64,000 nt of DNA, taken from contig CAIWCD010000005.1 in assembly GCA_903911145.1 (NCBI GenBank), positions 1 through 64,000 on the forward strand, given 5' to 3'. Source of the DNA: an uncultured delta proteobacterium (GTDB lineage: Bacteria > Myxococcota > Myxococcia > Myxococcales > 40CM-4-68-19). Positions 27,930-38,106 of the stretch are shown here, in pieces (positions within the stretch are counted from its first letter, which is position 1; each line of letters starts with the position of its first letter). Both the position numbers and the translations under genes were made by a program. The notes beneath the pieces are model-generated. The model made no database searches, was not told the origin of the DNA, and worked only from the letters and a program-made list of their open reading frames with translations.

Positions 27930-29297
27930 TTACAACCGCAGCGTCACGTTGGCGACGACGCGATCGTCGCTGCGTCGCAAGTCAGGCGTAAAGCTGCTCG
28001 CATCTGCGCCAGAGGCGGGCGGCGTGATTCCTCCCGGTCCGCTGAAGTAGGGCATGTTCGCCGCTCGGTGCGAATATTCGAGGCGGCAGACCACCCAGGG
28101 ACTCGGCCAGAAGTCGAGAGTCGCGGTGAATCCTCCGCCGAGAAATGCGCCGCTATCAGGGAGCGGTGTGGTCACGGCCGAGTTCGTCGGCAGTTGCTGG
28201 ATCAGCGCCTGCGTCTGATCCGCAAAGAGGTCGCCGCGCAGCGTGAGCGCGAACTTTCCCGACTCGAGACGATTGGTGATCGACGCGCCGCCCATCCATC
28301 CAGATGCGGCGAGGGCGCGGTGTTCAAAGCCAAGATCGCCCACGATTGCGAGGGAGGCGCTGTCGATGAAGCCTGCGTGTTGCAGATAGCGAAACTGCGC
28401 TGAGTTATCGGAATAGATGCGCAGCGCGTGCGGATCGAATCGCTCTTCATGGCCGAGATAGAAGTCGTGCGTCAGCGCGATCCGCTCGCTCGGTCGCCAT
28501 TGAATCAACTCTCCGAGCGCCTTGGTTTCGTGCCACTCGCCGAAGGTCTGCCAGCCATTGACGATCCACAGCTCGAGCTTGAGATCCTGCGTCGGATAGA
28601 GCTGTGTGCGGATACCCGTGAAGTAATAGGGTGTGAAATCGGAGAGGAATGGGTGGGTATAGTTCCAATTCTCCTCGGGGATATAGCTCTCCAATCCAAC
28701 GTAGCTCAGCAATAGACCCGCCTCGATATTCAGGCCGTGCTGGATATGGAAATGCCAACCGGCCGCGGCCTGCTGGATCGGCGCGAGTGCGCGCTGCGAG
28801 AGATAGAAGCCTCGATTGCCCGTGGAGTCCTGCCCCGCGTCGGTCTCGACGTTATCGCCGGCCTGCAGGACAAATCGCCCGATGGGGCCATCGAGGCCTG
28901 TGACCTCGGCGCCGAACGTCACGAGGTTCAATCCAATCTCATCGTGCCGTGTCGCGGTCGTTCCTGGAAAAATCGTGTGGTCGGTCGGTTGCGCGAAATG
29001 AAAGCCATAGAAGACGTCGACGACCATCGAGAAGGTGACCGGCCCGATCGTGAGCAGCGGATTGGGTTGCCGATTCTGTCCGTCGAGCCAATTCCAATCG
29101 CCGTTAGCGAAAGGGGCCTCGCGCAGGTCGAGCGGGACGTCGCCGGCCGGGGCGGGCGCAACTGCAGGGGATGCCGAGTCGGCACCCGGTGGTGCGTCGG
29201 ACGCAAGCAGTGCCGGCGCAACGGCGAGAGAGCAGGCCAGCACGAGCAGGCGGGTCGTGCAGGATGTCTCGAGAAAAAGACGTTGAGGTGAGCGCAT
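27930..29297 (-). CDS. Outer membrane beta-barrel protein (putative porin, BBP2/DUF1597-like)
   Basis: Signal peptide; SYVGLESY...NWNYT, TPYYFTG, VNGWQ; terminal beta strand. Confidence 0.75.
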   Translation of the reverse strand: MRSPQRLFLETSCTTRLLVLACSLAVAPALLASDAPPGADSASPAVAPAPAGDVPLDLREAPFANGDWNWLDGQNRQPNPLLTIGPVTFSMVVDVFYGFHFAQPTDHTIFPGTTATRHDEIGLNLVTFGAEVTGLDGPIGRFVLQAGDNVETDAGQDSTGNRGFYLSQRALAPIQQAAAGWHFHIQHGLNIEAGLLLSYVGLESYIPEENWNYTHPFLSDFTPYYFTGIRTQLYPTQDLKLELWIVNGWQTFGEWHETKALGELIQWRPSERIALTHDFYLGHEERFDPHALRIYSDNSAQFRYLQHAGFIDSASLAIVGDLGFEHRALAASGWMGGASITNRLESGKFALTLRGDLFADQTQALIQQLPTNSAVTTPLPDSGAFLGGGFTATLDFWPSPWVVCRLEYSHRAANMPYFSGPGGITPPASGADASSFTPDLRRSDDRVVANVTLRL

Positions 29298-29407
29298 CGC
29301 TGCACTCTCGCCCGCCGTTCGAGCGCGTCAAGTTGCTGGACGATGCGAAGCGAGCCTCGTTCGACAGACCGCGTCGGCGCTGCGCGCTCTGCGTTATGCT
29401 GTGCCTC

Positions 29408-29947
29408 GTGACTGAAACGCAGATTGATCTCTCGCTGGTCCGCTGCCCGCGCTGTGCGTCGGAGTTGGTGCTGCGCATATCCGCAGACGAGAGCGCGGGC
29501 GCGGTCCAGTTATCGATAGACACCGCGTGCGTGAGTTGCGGCGTCGCGCCGTGGGCCGAGTCGGATCAGCGCTTGCTGCTCTTTCGTCCAGGCGCGCCGA
29601 TCGGGGCGGCGCTCTCTGGCGCGGCGTCTGATTACGTGGCCGAACTTGCGGCCGCACAAGGGCGCGTCGATGCGCTGGTGGGGCGCTGCGAACTCCTTGA
29701 ACGCGAGGTGGCTTCCGCGCGCTCGAGCTCTCCTGGCGCGGACGAGCGCGATCTGGTGCGTTCACCGCGCGTCGCCATCAATCCCTCGCATGATCACAGT
29801 CGCCGCAAGGAACTGGAGCAGGAATTGCGCGGTGAGATTGCCCGCCTGGAACTCGCGCTCTCCTCTGCGCGGGCCGAGGTTCGCCGTGCCGATGAAGCGA
29901 CCCGCAGCGCGGTCTCCCCGGGCCAGCGCGCGATTGAACTTGATTAA
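29408..29947 (+). CDS. Hypothetical protein with N-terminal CxxC..CxxC zinc ribbon and coiled coils
   Basis: CPRC and CVSC, heptad-rich C-terminal half; TATGCT lies 7 nt before GTG 29408. Confidence 0.6.
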   Translation: MTETQIDLSLVRCPRCASELVLRISADESAGAVQLSIDTACVSCGVAPWAESDQRLLLFRPGAPIGAALSGAASDYVAELAAAQGRVDALVGRCELLEREVASARSSSPGADERDLVRSPRVAINPSHDHSRRKELEQELRGEIARLELALSSARAEVRRADEATRSAVSPGQRAIELD

Positions 29948-29971
29948 ATCTGATTAACCCCAATTACGCGA

Positions 29972-30013
29972 AAAGCCGCGCCCCGCAAGGCTCACCTTGC
30001 TGGACGCGGCTTT
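29972..30013. terminator. Probable bidirectional terminator between convergent genes
   Basis: AAAGCCGCG...GCAAGG-ctca-CCTTGC...CGCGGCTTT long hairpin. Confidence 0.65.
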
Positions 30014-30042
30014 CCGAACGCAGCGCGATGGTCGCGCTGCGG

Positions 30043-32202
30043 CTACCAGACCTCGCAGCGATCAACCGGCGCCATCTTGCTGCCCGGCTTGCATTGGAAC
30101 GCTGCCTGGAACGCGGGCTGGTTGGATACCATTCCATTCACGCGCCACTGCGGCGTTGAGTGCTGATCGGTCTGCGCCTGCAGTCGCGCCATATCCGGCC
30201 GCTGGCTCGAACACCAGGTCTGCGAGAAGCCGAGGAAGAACTGCTGATCCTCGGTAAACCCGGCGAACGTGATTGGCGTCTGATCCTTGCGCAGATTCTT
30301 GAACGCGGCATAGGCCAGTTTGAGGCCGCCATTGTCGGCGATGTTCTCGCCCACCGTCAGGTCGCCGTTGAGATGCACGTCGTCGACCGCAAGATATCCA
30401 CTGTACTGTTTGGATATGCACGCCGCCTTTGCGTTGTAGGCATCGCCCGCTGGCGCGGTCCACCAGTCGTGGCGATTTCCATCGCCGTCAAACTTGCGCC
30501 CCTCGTCATCAAAGCCGTGCGTCAGTTCGTGGCCCACGACCATTCCAATCCCGCCAAAGTTCGCCTGCGCCATCGCATCGGCGGAGAAGAACGGCGGCTG
30601 GAGGATCGCCGCCGGGAAGGTCATATCGTTCATTGCCGGGTTGTATTGAGCATTGACCAGCTGCGGAGGCATCTGGTGCTCGCTGCGATCGAGCGGCTTG
30701 CCAATCTTCGCCAACTGGCGCTTCGATTCGAACACCGCCGCATTCTGCGTGTTCTGGAGCAGCGAGCTGCGATCGATGGCAATCGACGAATAGTCGCGCC
30801 AATGATCGGCATATCCGATCTTGTTGGCGATCTTGTGCAGCTTCTCCTTCGCGCTCGTCTTCGTCGCTTCGTCCATCCAGCCGAGCGTCGCGAGGTTTGC
30901 CTCAAACGCTGCCTCAATGCGCTGGACCATCTCGAGCGCCATCGGCTTGGCCTGGGCTCCGAACGCGCGGCTCACATAGGAGCGGCCGACCGCTTCGGAG
31001 AGCGAACCATTGGTGATCGCCACGCAACGCTTCCAGCGCGGGAGCAGCTGCTTGACGCCCGTGATCTTCGACGTGAATGCGAAGCGGCGATCGACGAACT
31101 TCTTACCCATCAATCCGGCGGCCGCCGAGAGCGCGTGCCAGCGCAGATATGGTTTGAGCGCGGCGAGCTTCGCCTTCTCGTCCTTCTTCGTGCCGAGCAG
31201 CGGATTGAGTCCCGCCTTGAAGAAATCAGGTGCGACCACGTTGATGGCGGTGACCTCAGGCGCGCCGAGACCGGTGAAATAGCCGCTCCAATCAAACGCG
31301 GGAGCAAGTTCGATTAGACCCTTTCGTTCAATGCGATGATAGGTCGCATCCGGATCTCGCCGCGCGACGCGGTCCTGGGACGCCTTGGCCAGCTCCGTCT
31401 CGATCTTCATGGTGGTCGCGGCATCGGCCTTCGCCTGCGCAGGCTTCTCTCCGAGGAGAGCGAGCATATCAACGATATATGCTTGATATGCTTCGCGCAC
31501 GCCTTTGCGTCCTTGATCGTCCTTCAAATAGAAGTCGCGATCCGGCAGTCCGATTCCACCCTGATCGGCCTCGCCGATCATCAGCGTTGCGTCGTGCAGA
31601 TCCTGGTCCGAGCCGAAGCCGAAGAGCGCGTCTGAGCCCTTGAGGTGCGAAGCGGCGAGATAGGAAGCGAGCTCCTTGCCCGTCTTGATGGCATCAATCT
31701 TCTTCAGCTCTCCATTCAGCGCGGCCAGCGATACCGTCTCGGCCTTCTCTTCGTCCATACATGCGGCATAGAAGTCACCGACCTTCGCCGCGAACGGGTT
31801 GTCGGTATCGCCCTTGCCGTTGGCGAACTCCTCAACGAACTGGCGAATGAGCGCTTCATTCCTCTCCGCGATCGGCGAGAAGCTCGAGTCCCAGTCTGCA
31901 CGATCAGCGGGAATGGGAGTGTTCTTCATCCAGCCGCCGCAGGAGAAACGATAGAAATCGTCGCAGGGGTTGACCGAGCGATCGAGTGAAGCCTCGTCGA
32001 TCGGCGCCGGACCTTTGAGCGTCTGCGCGATCGCGGCTGGCGCTGCCGCTGGCGTCACTGCGGCAGTCGGAGGCGCGATGGGCGCGGCAGCGGGCTTGAC
32101 CGCCTCGGGCTTGGGAGCGGGAACGGGCGCAGGCCCTGCGGCGCATGCGGCCAGCGCGGCCACGGAGGCCATCGCCAGCTGCTTCATTCGGTGAATCTTC
32201 AT
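30043..32202 (-). CDS. M13 family metallopeptidase (neprilysin/PepO-like), lipoprotein
   Basis: LAAC lipobox; PCDDFYRFSCGGW; VNAQY; GHELTHGFD; ENIADNGG; C-terminal CEVW. Confidence 0.95.
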   Translation of the reverse strand: MKIHRMKQLAMASVAALAACAAGPAPVPAPKPEAVKPAAAPIAPPTAAVTPAAAPAAIAQTLKGPAPIDEASLDRSVNPCDDFYRFSCGGWMKNTPIPADRADWDSSFSPIAERNEALIRQFVEEFANGKGDTDNPFAAKVGDFYAACMDEEKAETVSLAALNGELKKIDAIKTGKELASYLAASHLKGSDALFGFGSDQDLHDATLMIGEADQGGIGLPDRDFYLKDDQGRKGVREAYQAYIVDMLALLGEKPAQAKADAATTMKIETELAKASQDRVARRDPDATYHRIERKGLIELAPAFDWSGYFTGLGAPEVTAINVVAPDFFKAGLNPLLGTKKDEKAKLAALKPYLRWHALSAAAGLMGKKFVDRRFAFTSKITGVKQLLPRWKRCVAITNGSLSEAVGRSYVSRAFGAQAKPMALEMVQRIEAAFEANLATLGWMDEATKTSAKEKLHKIANKIGYADHWRDYSSIAIDRSSLLQNTQNAAVFESKRQLAKIGKPLDRSEHQMPPQLVNAQYNPAMNDMTFPAAILQPPFFSADAMAQANFGGIGMVVGHELTHGFDDEGRKFDGDGNRHDWWTAPAGDAYNAKAACISKQYSGYLAVDDVHLNGDLTVGENIADNGGLKLAYAAFKNLRKDQTPITFAGFTEDQQFFLGFSQTWCSSQRPDMARLQAQTDQHSTPQWRVNGMVSNQPAFQAAFQCKPGSKMAPVDRCEVW

Positions 32203-32286
32203 GATCTCTCCAGTCGTGTGTGAATCAGTCTCGCAACGTCCTGTGCGCAGCGGGACGGGGTTAAGCGATACATCTGGGAACGACGT

Positions 32287-34428
32287 CTATTTCACGGGAG
32301 CTGCAATTTCGTGCGGGGCAGCTGCGTGCCTGGCCGTTGAATCGCGGAGGTGTGCGTCGATCCAATCGAGCACGGTCCGATACCAGAGCAGCGAGTTGCG
32401 CGGCTTGAGCACCCAGTGCCCTTCGTCGGGAAACCAGAGCAGCCGGCTCTCGACGCCGCGGCGTTGCAGCGCGGTGAACATCCCCATTCCCTGCTCGGTG
32501 GGGACGCGGAAATCGAGCTCACCCTGAACCACGAGCGTCGGGGTCTTGAAGTTCTGCACGTAGCTGCTCGGGCTCCAGCGCTGGTACGAAGTTGGATTCT
32601 CCCAATAGGCGCCGAGGAACTCGAATTCAGGAAACCAGAGTTCCTCGGTTGCGCCGTAGTGCGACCGGAGGTCGAATACTCCGTCGTGCGAAACGAGGCA
32701 GCGATATCGATCGGTATGTCCAGCGATCCAATCGACCATATATCCGCCATAGGAGGCACCAGCAGCGCAGGCGCGTCCGGCTTCGACATACGGGAGTTGC
32801 TCGGCCGCGTCGACCAACCGCTGGATATCGTCATATGGAAGCCCGCCCCATTGATCGCGGATCTCCTCTTCGAACTTGTGCCCATATCCAGTTGACCCGC
32901 GAGGATTGGGCATCAGCACGACATATCCACGCGCGGCAAACGCGGCCGGATTCCATCGCATTCCCCATCCGTCCTCCCATGCACCCTGCGGACCCCCGTG
33001 CACGAGGACGATGAGCGGGGCCTTCGCTCCGGTCGCGAGCGCCGGCGGGCGCAGGACCCAGGCATGCAGCGCCGTCCCGTCCTTTGCCTTCGTCGTCAGA
33101 TCTTCGGGCGCCGGGCCGAGATCGAGCCCGGCGTATTGCTCGGTATTGAAGCTGGTGAGCTGTCGCGCCTTCTCTCCGCGTGCAATGCGCGCCAACTCCG
33201 GGGGGCGATTCATTCCACTGTCGATAAAGGCAACCGACCCGTCGCGCAGCAGCGTGAAATCGTCGCCGGCCGGCTCGGGAGAAAAGCTCGACGTCGGCGG
33301 GGTTGGTCTGCCGTGTTTCCCGGCGCGGGCTGCGTCGTCTTCGATTGATACATTCTCAAGGTAATAGCGGCCATTCACCAGCTTGCTCGCGACAAGTCCC
33401 TTGCTGTCGCGCCGCCATGCAAACGGTCCGACGTCATCGTCGAAATCTGCAATCACGCGCGACTTGCCCGTGTGCAGTTCGAGCAGCTTCAGCTTCCACT
33501 GATCCGATTCATATCCATCGCGCTCCTGCGAGAGATATGCGACCCACTTTCCGTCGGGCGAGACGCGCGGCACGCGATCGGCGCCGAGATTTCCCTCGGT
33601 CAGATTCTTCGGCGCGCCGCCACCGACAGGGACGCGGAAGAGATCTGCATTGGTGCTCCACGCTTCGGTCTGCGGCGCCTTGTGCGCAACGATCAGTGCG
33701 TCACCATTGGACTCGAATGCGTAGTCGTCAGCGCCATCGAGATAGAAGGGAGGCCAGTCGGAATCGCCCGGGGTGATATCGCGGGCAATCGCAGCGGGAG
33801 AGGGCGTGGTGCCCGCAGCCGGCGCGGGAAGCACGAAGACGTGGGTCCGCTTTCCGTCGCGCCATTCGGTCCAGCGGCGCACGAAAAGATGATCGCTGAT
33901 GTGCGCCGCGACCTTGCTGGCGGCGCGCTCCGCCTCGATGCGTCGGTCGCACGCGTCGTCGCCATTGCATTGTGGATAGACGTCGCTGACGAATGCGATC
34001 CACCGCCCGTCGGGAGAAAAGATGGCGCCGTCCGCGCCGCCGGAGAGGTCGGTGATCTGCCGCGGGTCGCCGCCCGTGGCGATGTCATAGAGCCAGAGTT
34101 GCGGCGTGCCACCGCGCGATGAAGTGACGAGGATGGCGTTGCCAGATGCGTTCCATCGTGCCCGCTCGCTCTTGCCGTCGCGGGTGAGTTGCCGGGCCGC
34201 GCCGCCGGCGACTGCTTGCAACCAGATATCCTTGAGGTCGCGATTCTCCCCCAACGACTTCTGGTGCACCGTAAATGAGACCCAATTGCCGTCGGGCGAG
34301 AGCTGCACGTCGCCCAATCGATGCGTCTGCAGCAGCTCTTCCGGCGTGAACGGGCGTATTGCCCGTGCTGGCGACGCAGCGAGCGCGCAGAGCGAGAACA
34401 GGGCGAGCGTTCGAATCTCGATTCGCAT
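32287..34428 (-). CDS. S9 family prolyl oligopeptidase / dipeptidyl-peptidase 5-like
   Basis: ATG 34428 with signal peptide; PD40-like SPDG repeats; HGGPQ, GASYGG, D.RVP, DEGH. Confidence 0.93.
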   Translation of the reverse strand: MRIEIRTLALFSLCALAASPARAIRPFTPEELLQTHRLGDVQLSPDGNWVSFTVHQKSLGENRDLKDIWLQAVAGGAARQLTRDGKSERARWNASGNAILVTSSRGGTPQLWLYDIATGGDPRQITDLSGGADGAIFSPDGRWIAFVSDVYPQCNGDDACDRRIEAERAASKVAAHISDHLFVRRWTEWRDGKRTHVFVLPAPAAGTTPSPAAIARDITPGDSDWPPFYLDGADDYAFESNGDALIVAHKAPQTEAWSTNADLFRVPVGGGAPKNLTEGNLGADRVPRVSPDGKWVAYLSQERDGYESDQWKLKLLELHTGKSRVIADFDDDVGPFAWRRDSKGLVASKLVNGRYYLENVSIEDDAARAGKHGRPTPPTSSFSPEPAGDDFTLLRDGSVAFIDSGMNRPPELARIARGEKARQLTSFNTEQYAGLDLGPAPEDLTTKAKDGTALHAWVLRPPALATGAKAPLIVLVHGGPQGAWEDGWGMRWNPAAFAARGYVVLMPNPRGSTGYGHKFEEEIRDQWGGLPYDDIQRLVDAAEQLPYVEAGRACAAGASYGGYMVDWIAGHTDRYRCLVSHDGVFDLRSHYGATEELWFPEFEFLGAYWENPTSYQRWSPSSYVQNFKTPTLVVQGELDFRVPTEQGMGMFTALQRRGVESRLLWFPDEGHWVLKPRNSLLWYRTVLDWIDAHLRDSTARHAAAPHEIAAPVK

Positions 34429-34537
34429 GGCCGCCCCCAATAGCTCATGCAGGGCGCACGATCCACCGCGGCAACTGCCGCTCCGCCTCTCGGCCGACTT
34501 GACGAAGCCGCAACTCCTGTGGCGTCTCTGCGCGCCT

Positions 34538-35770
34538 ATGCGACCGACGATTGCCGCGAACCTCCGCCGCTCTGCCGCTCTGCTCCTCGCGCTCCCTCTC
34601 GCCTGCAGTTCCGGAGCGCCCGGGCCGTGGCTGAGCGACTCGAAGATTCTCGTCACCGGCGAAGTGAATAATGTCGGCATCGCCAATCACGATTGCCGCC
34701 CGGGGATCTGCCCGCACAACGAGAACACCGATATGATCGTCTGGAATGGCGCGATCTATCTGGTTCACCGCACGGCCATGAGCCAGACGCTGGGCGATAA
34801 CAGTTCACTGCATATCTATCGCTCGACCGATTCAGGGAAGACGTTTAGCGAGGTAGCCCATTTCCTCGCGCCCGACCCGACGATGTCGCCGCCCGATGGC
34901 CGCGATCTTCGCGACCCGGCGTTCTTCATCAAGGGCAGTGAGCTCTGGTTCAAGGCGCTCACGCGGCTGCCGGTCTCGTCGGTGCGCGATTCCAATGTCG
35001 AGACGCGCGCGGTGGTTTCCCATTCGGCCGATGGTGTGACCTGGAGTCCATTCGAGTTCGTCGGCCCGACTGGCTACAGCTTCTGGCGCGTGAAGGAGCA
35101 CAACGGGGTTTTCTATTCTGCGGCATACCAGGACGGCGATCAGAGCGTGACGCTCTATTCAACCACCGATGGAACAACCTGGACGCAGGGCCCGCTGATC
35201 TACGGAGTCAGCGCCGATACGCCGCTCGAGACGGAACTCGTGTTCCTCCCCGACGAAAGCCTGCTCGCGCTGGTGCGGATGGACGGAACAGATCAGGAGA
35301 TTCTTGGCTCGCGTGGGCGTCTGCGCACCAAGGTCTGCACGTCGCCGAAACCGTATACGGCGTTTGATTGCACCTATGAGATCACCGGGCAGCGCCTCGA
35401 CGGGCCGGTGGCCTGGTTCTGGAACTCCCGCCTCTTCCTGGTTGCGCGCGAACATATCGGCGCTGACGACCGCAAGCGCACGTCGCTGTTTGAATTGACC
35501 GGCAATCTGGGTCCGTCAATGACGCAGGCTCCGGGCGTGATCGTGCACGGGGAGTTTCCCTCGGCTGGCGATACTTCCTATGCCGGCGTTGCGCCCATCG
35601 GCGGCAGCAAGTTCCTCGTGACCTACTATTCGAGCAATCTCGTGGCCGATGATGGCTGGTTCGTTGCCATGCAAGGCCCCAGCGATATCTGGCAGGGAAC
35701 GATCGATCTGGCTGCGCTGCCGGCCACCGAGGCGGTCTGGAATACGCCCGCGGCCGATGCCGGGCCGTAA
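34538..35770 (+). CDS. Putative lipoprotein with Asp-box (sialidase-like beta-propeller) repeats
   Basis: PLAC lipobox; STDSGKTF, SADGVTW, TTDGTTW; SAGDTSY. Confidence 0.7.
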   Translation: MRPTIAANLRRSAALLLALPLACSSGAPGPWLSDSKILVTGEVNNVGIANHDCRPGICPHNENTDMIVWNGAIYLVHRTAMSQTLGDNSSLHIYRSTDSGKTFSEVAHFLAPDPTMSPPDGRDLRDPAFFIKGSELWFKALTRLPVSSVRDSNVETRAVVSHSADGVTWSPFEFVGPTGYSFWRVKEHNGVFYSAAYQDGDQSVTLYSTTDGTTWTQGPLIYGVSADTPLETELVFLPDESLLALVRMDGTDQEILGSRGRLRTKVCTSPKPYTAFDCTYEITGQRLDGPVAWFWNSRLFLVAREHIGADDRKRTSLFELTGNLGPSMTQAPGVIVHGEFPSAGDTSYAGVAPIGGSKFLVTYYSSNLVADDGWFVAMQGPSDIWQGTIDLAALPATEAVWNTPAADAGP

Positions 35771-35787
35771 TTGAGTCGATTCAGGAA

Positions 35788-37344
35788 CTATCGCCGCTCG
35801 TGCGGCATGGTATCGCGCGGGCTGCGGAAGAACTGCATCGGCGAGTAGTAGAGGAAATTCGAGACGCGGCTTGTATAGAGGTCTGCGTAATCTGAGACCT
35901 GCTCGCCGAAGCGGGAGTTCTCGTTTCCCTCTTTGAAGCAGAGTCCCCAGCAGCGGTTCATCCCGCGCTCGACCTGCTCTTCAAGCGACTGCTCTTCACT
36001 GACGATCTGCTTGAGCGAGCGGCGCAGCGCCTCCAGTTCCGACTTGCTCTTCGCCCGTTTTGCGTCGACCTCGGGATTGGTCGAGCCGCGCGGTTGCGCG
36101 CGATCGAGTGCATTGAGCGTGAGCTTGAGGTGATTGATTAGATCATCGATGCGCTGGCGCGCGTGTCCGAGTTCGCGCAGCCGCGTGATGTCCGGTTGGT
36201 GCGCGTCGATGTATTCGATTTCGCGCTCGAGTTCCTGCACGACGAAACAGGTGCGCCAGAGCGAGGATTTTCGATTGCGGATGATATCCCCGTAGATATG
36301 GTCGCCGACATAGAGCACCGCCTCGCCTGCGTGCCCGCTCATTCTCTCGAAATCGAAGAGATTGCCGCCCTCATAGACCTTGCCGCGCTCGAGTGACGTC
36401 GCCTTCTCGTTGACGACCTTGCCCCCGGCGTCGAGCTCGAGGAATGGTCGCGATTCATTGAAGAACGCGGGCTTCTGCGCGCCGACAATCACCAGGTCGA
36501 AATAGTTTCTCCACGACGGATATTCCGGCAGTTGTCCGTCGAGCAGATAGCTCATGACCGCGTCGGTATAGTCGCCGAGCGAATTGGTCAGGATGAAAAT
36601 CTTCTTTCCTCCTGATCGCAGCTTGTGCAGAGCAGGTGCGAGTTCCGGATCGCGCAGGATGTATTTCGCCAGATCCTTCTTCAGCTCCGTCTTCAGCGAG
36701 CCGTCGCGGTGAACCTCATCGATGCTCGCGCGGACGTCATCGTAGAGCTTGTGATAATCGACCTTCTCTGGAGGCGGCCCATTCGGCTGCGGCCGTTCGA
36801 GCGCTTCAATGATCTCGGCATAGAGGCACGCTTCCGGCAGAGAAAAGAGCGTATCGATCCATGCGAAGCGCGGCAGGGAGAGGCGGATCTTCTCGTTCTG
36901 GTAGAGCGCGCGCCGCTCTTCAATCGGAAGCAATTGCCGACCGTGATAACAGCGGCCGACATAGTTGTGCCGGTCCATCTTGAAGAGGTTGCCATAGTCC
37001 TTATCGACGACGAGCCCGCGAATGACGAACTCGTGATCGTAGGTGATCTGCTGGAGGTGCTCGGGATAACCGCACTTCGAAATCAGCCGCTCGAGCGTCA
37101 TGCGAAACGCCAGCTCTTCGATGTGGCGCATCGAATAGACGGCGAGCGTGTAATCCATATCGAAGCCGACCATCGAGATATGGTCGAGGCGCAGTGCGCG
37201 GTTCGTGTAGATCTGGCGCGCGTGCGACAGGTCGTGACCCGAGAGGCCCGGTGCGTGGAGCAGCCGATGCAGCTCAGGGTCGCGGAGAACGTCGGATGGC
37301 GCGCCCTGCGTTTCGGCGCTGTTCTGGGATCGATCGGTGGACAC
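35788..37344 (-). CDS. HAD-IG family 5'-nucleotidase (cytosolic cN-II type); start uncertain
   Basis: IYTNR.L, GFDMDYTLA, LTNS, KP.FF, YVGDHIYGDI, YADLYTS. Confidence 0.9.
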   Translation of the reverse strand: MSTDRSQNSAETQGAPSDVLRDPELHRLLHAPGLSGHDLSHARQIYTNRALRLDHISMVGFDMDYTLAVYSMRHIEELAFRMTLERLISKCGYPEHLQQITYDHEFVIRGLVVDKDYGNLFKMDRHNYVGRCYHGRQLLPIEERRALYQNEKIRLSLPRFAWIDTLFSLPEACLYAEIIEALERPQPNGPPPEKVDYHKLYDDVRASIDEVHRDGSLKTELKKDLAKYILRDPELAPALHKLRSGGKKIFILTNSLGDYTDAVMSYLLDGQLPEYPSWRNYFDLVIVGAQKPAFFNESRPFLELDAGGKVVNEKATSLERGKVYEGGNLFDFERMSGHAGEAVLYVGDHIYGDIIRNRKSSLWRTCFVVQELEREIEYIDAHQPDITRLRELGHARQRIDDLINHLKLTLNALDRAQPRGSTNPEVDAKRAKSKSELEALRRSLKQIVSEEQSLEEQVERGMNRCWGLCFKEGNENSRFGEQVSDYADLYTSRVSNFLYYSPMQFFRSPRDTMPHERR

Positions 37345-37428
37345 GGATAAAGGCGATGATTGCGCCAAGCAGCAATCGCGGCAAGAAAGCGGCGGCGTTT
37401 TTCCCGACCTGCAGGAGATGGCGAGCGC

Positions 37429-38106
37429 GTGACCAGAGAGAGCGGCCAGACGGCGAGCGCAGGCGGGCCAATCCGCGTCTATGTGGTCGAGGATGATGCG
37501 CGTCAACTGCGCGCGCTGCGCAAGCTGCTCGAGGGCGCGGACGAACTGCTGCTCTGTGGTGCGGCCTCCTCGGGCGAGCAGGCGCTGCGCGAGATTGCGC
37601 AAGCCGCGCCGGAGTTGGTGCTGATGGATCTCGAGCTGCCAGGAGCATCCGGAATCGAGACGACGCGCGCGCTGCGGGCGCGGGGGCCGGTCCCGGAAGT
37701 TCTCGTGCTGACGAGCTACGAGGACGAGGACCACGTCTTCGATGCGATGCGCGCGGGCGCGAGCGGCTACGTCGTAAAGGGGGCGAGCGCGCAGAAGCTG
37801 ATCGACGCGATTCGCGAAGTGGACGCGGGCGGTACGGTGATCGAACCGCGCCTCGCGAAGCGATTCTGGGCCTTCTTCAAGGGCGTGCAGGAGCCGTTGC
37901 GAAGCGGTCCGCAGCTCTTGCCGGTGGAACTCGAGGTGCTCACCGTGATCGCGAAGGGGCTCTCGAATGCCGAGGCGGGGCGCGTGATCGGCCTCGATCG
38001 GCGTACGGTGCGAACTCATCTCGGTCACATCTATGGAAAGCTTGGCGTGCGCTCGCATGTCGAGGCCGTCATTGAAGCCTTGAAGCTGGGGATCATCGAA
38101 CTGTGA
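37429..38106 (+). CDS. NarL/LuxR-family response regulator; start approximate
   Basis: VVEDD, LVLMDLELPG, GASGYVVK, C-terminal HTH GLSNAEAG...TVRTHLGHIYGKL. Confidence 0.9.
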   Translation: MTRESGQTASAGGPIRVYVVEDDARQLRALRKLLEGADELLLCGAASSGEQALREIAQAAPELVLMDLELPGASGIETTRALRARGPVPEVLVLTSYEDEDHVFDAMRAGASGYVVKGASAQKLIDAIREVDAGGTVIEPRLAKRFWAFFKGVQEPLRSGPQLLPVELEVLTVIAKGLSNAEAGRVIGLDRRTVRTHLGHIYGKLGVRSHVEAVIEALKLGIIEL

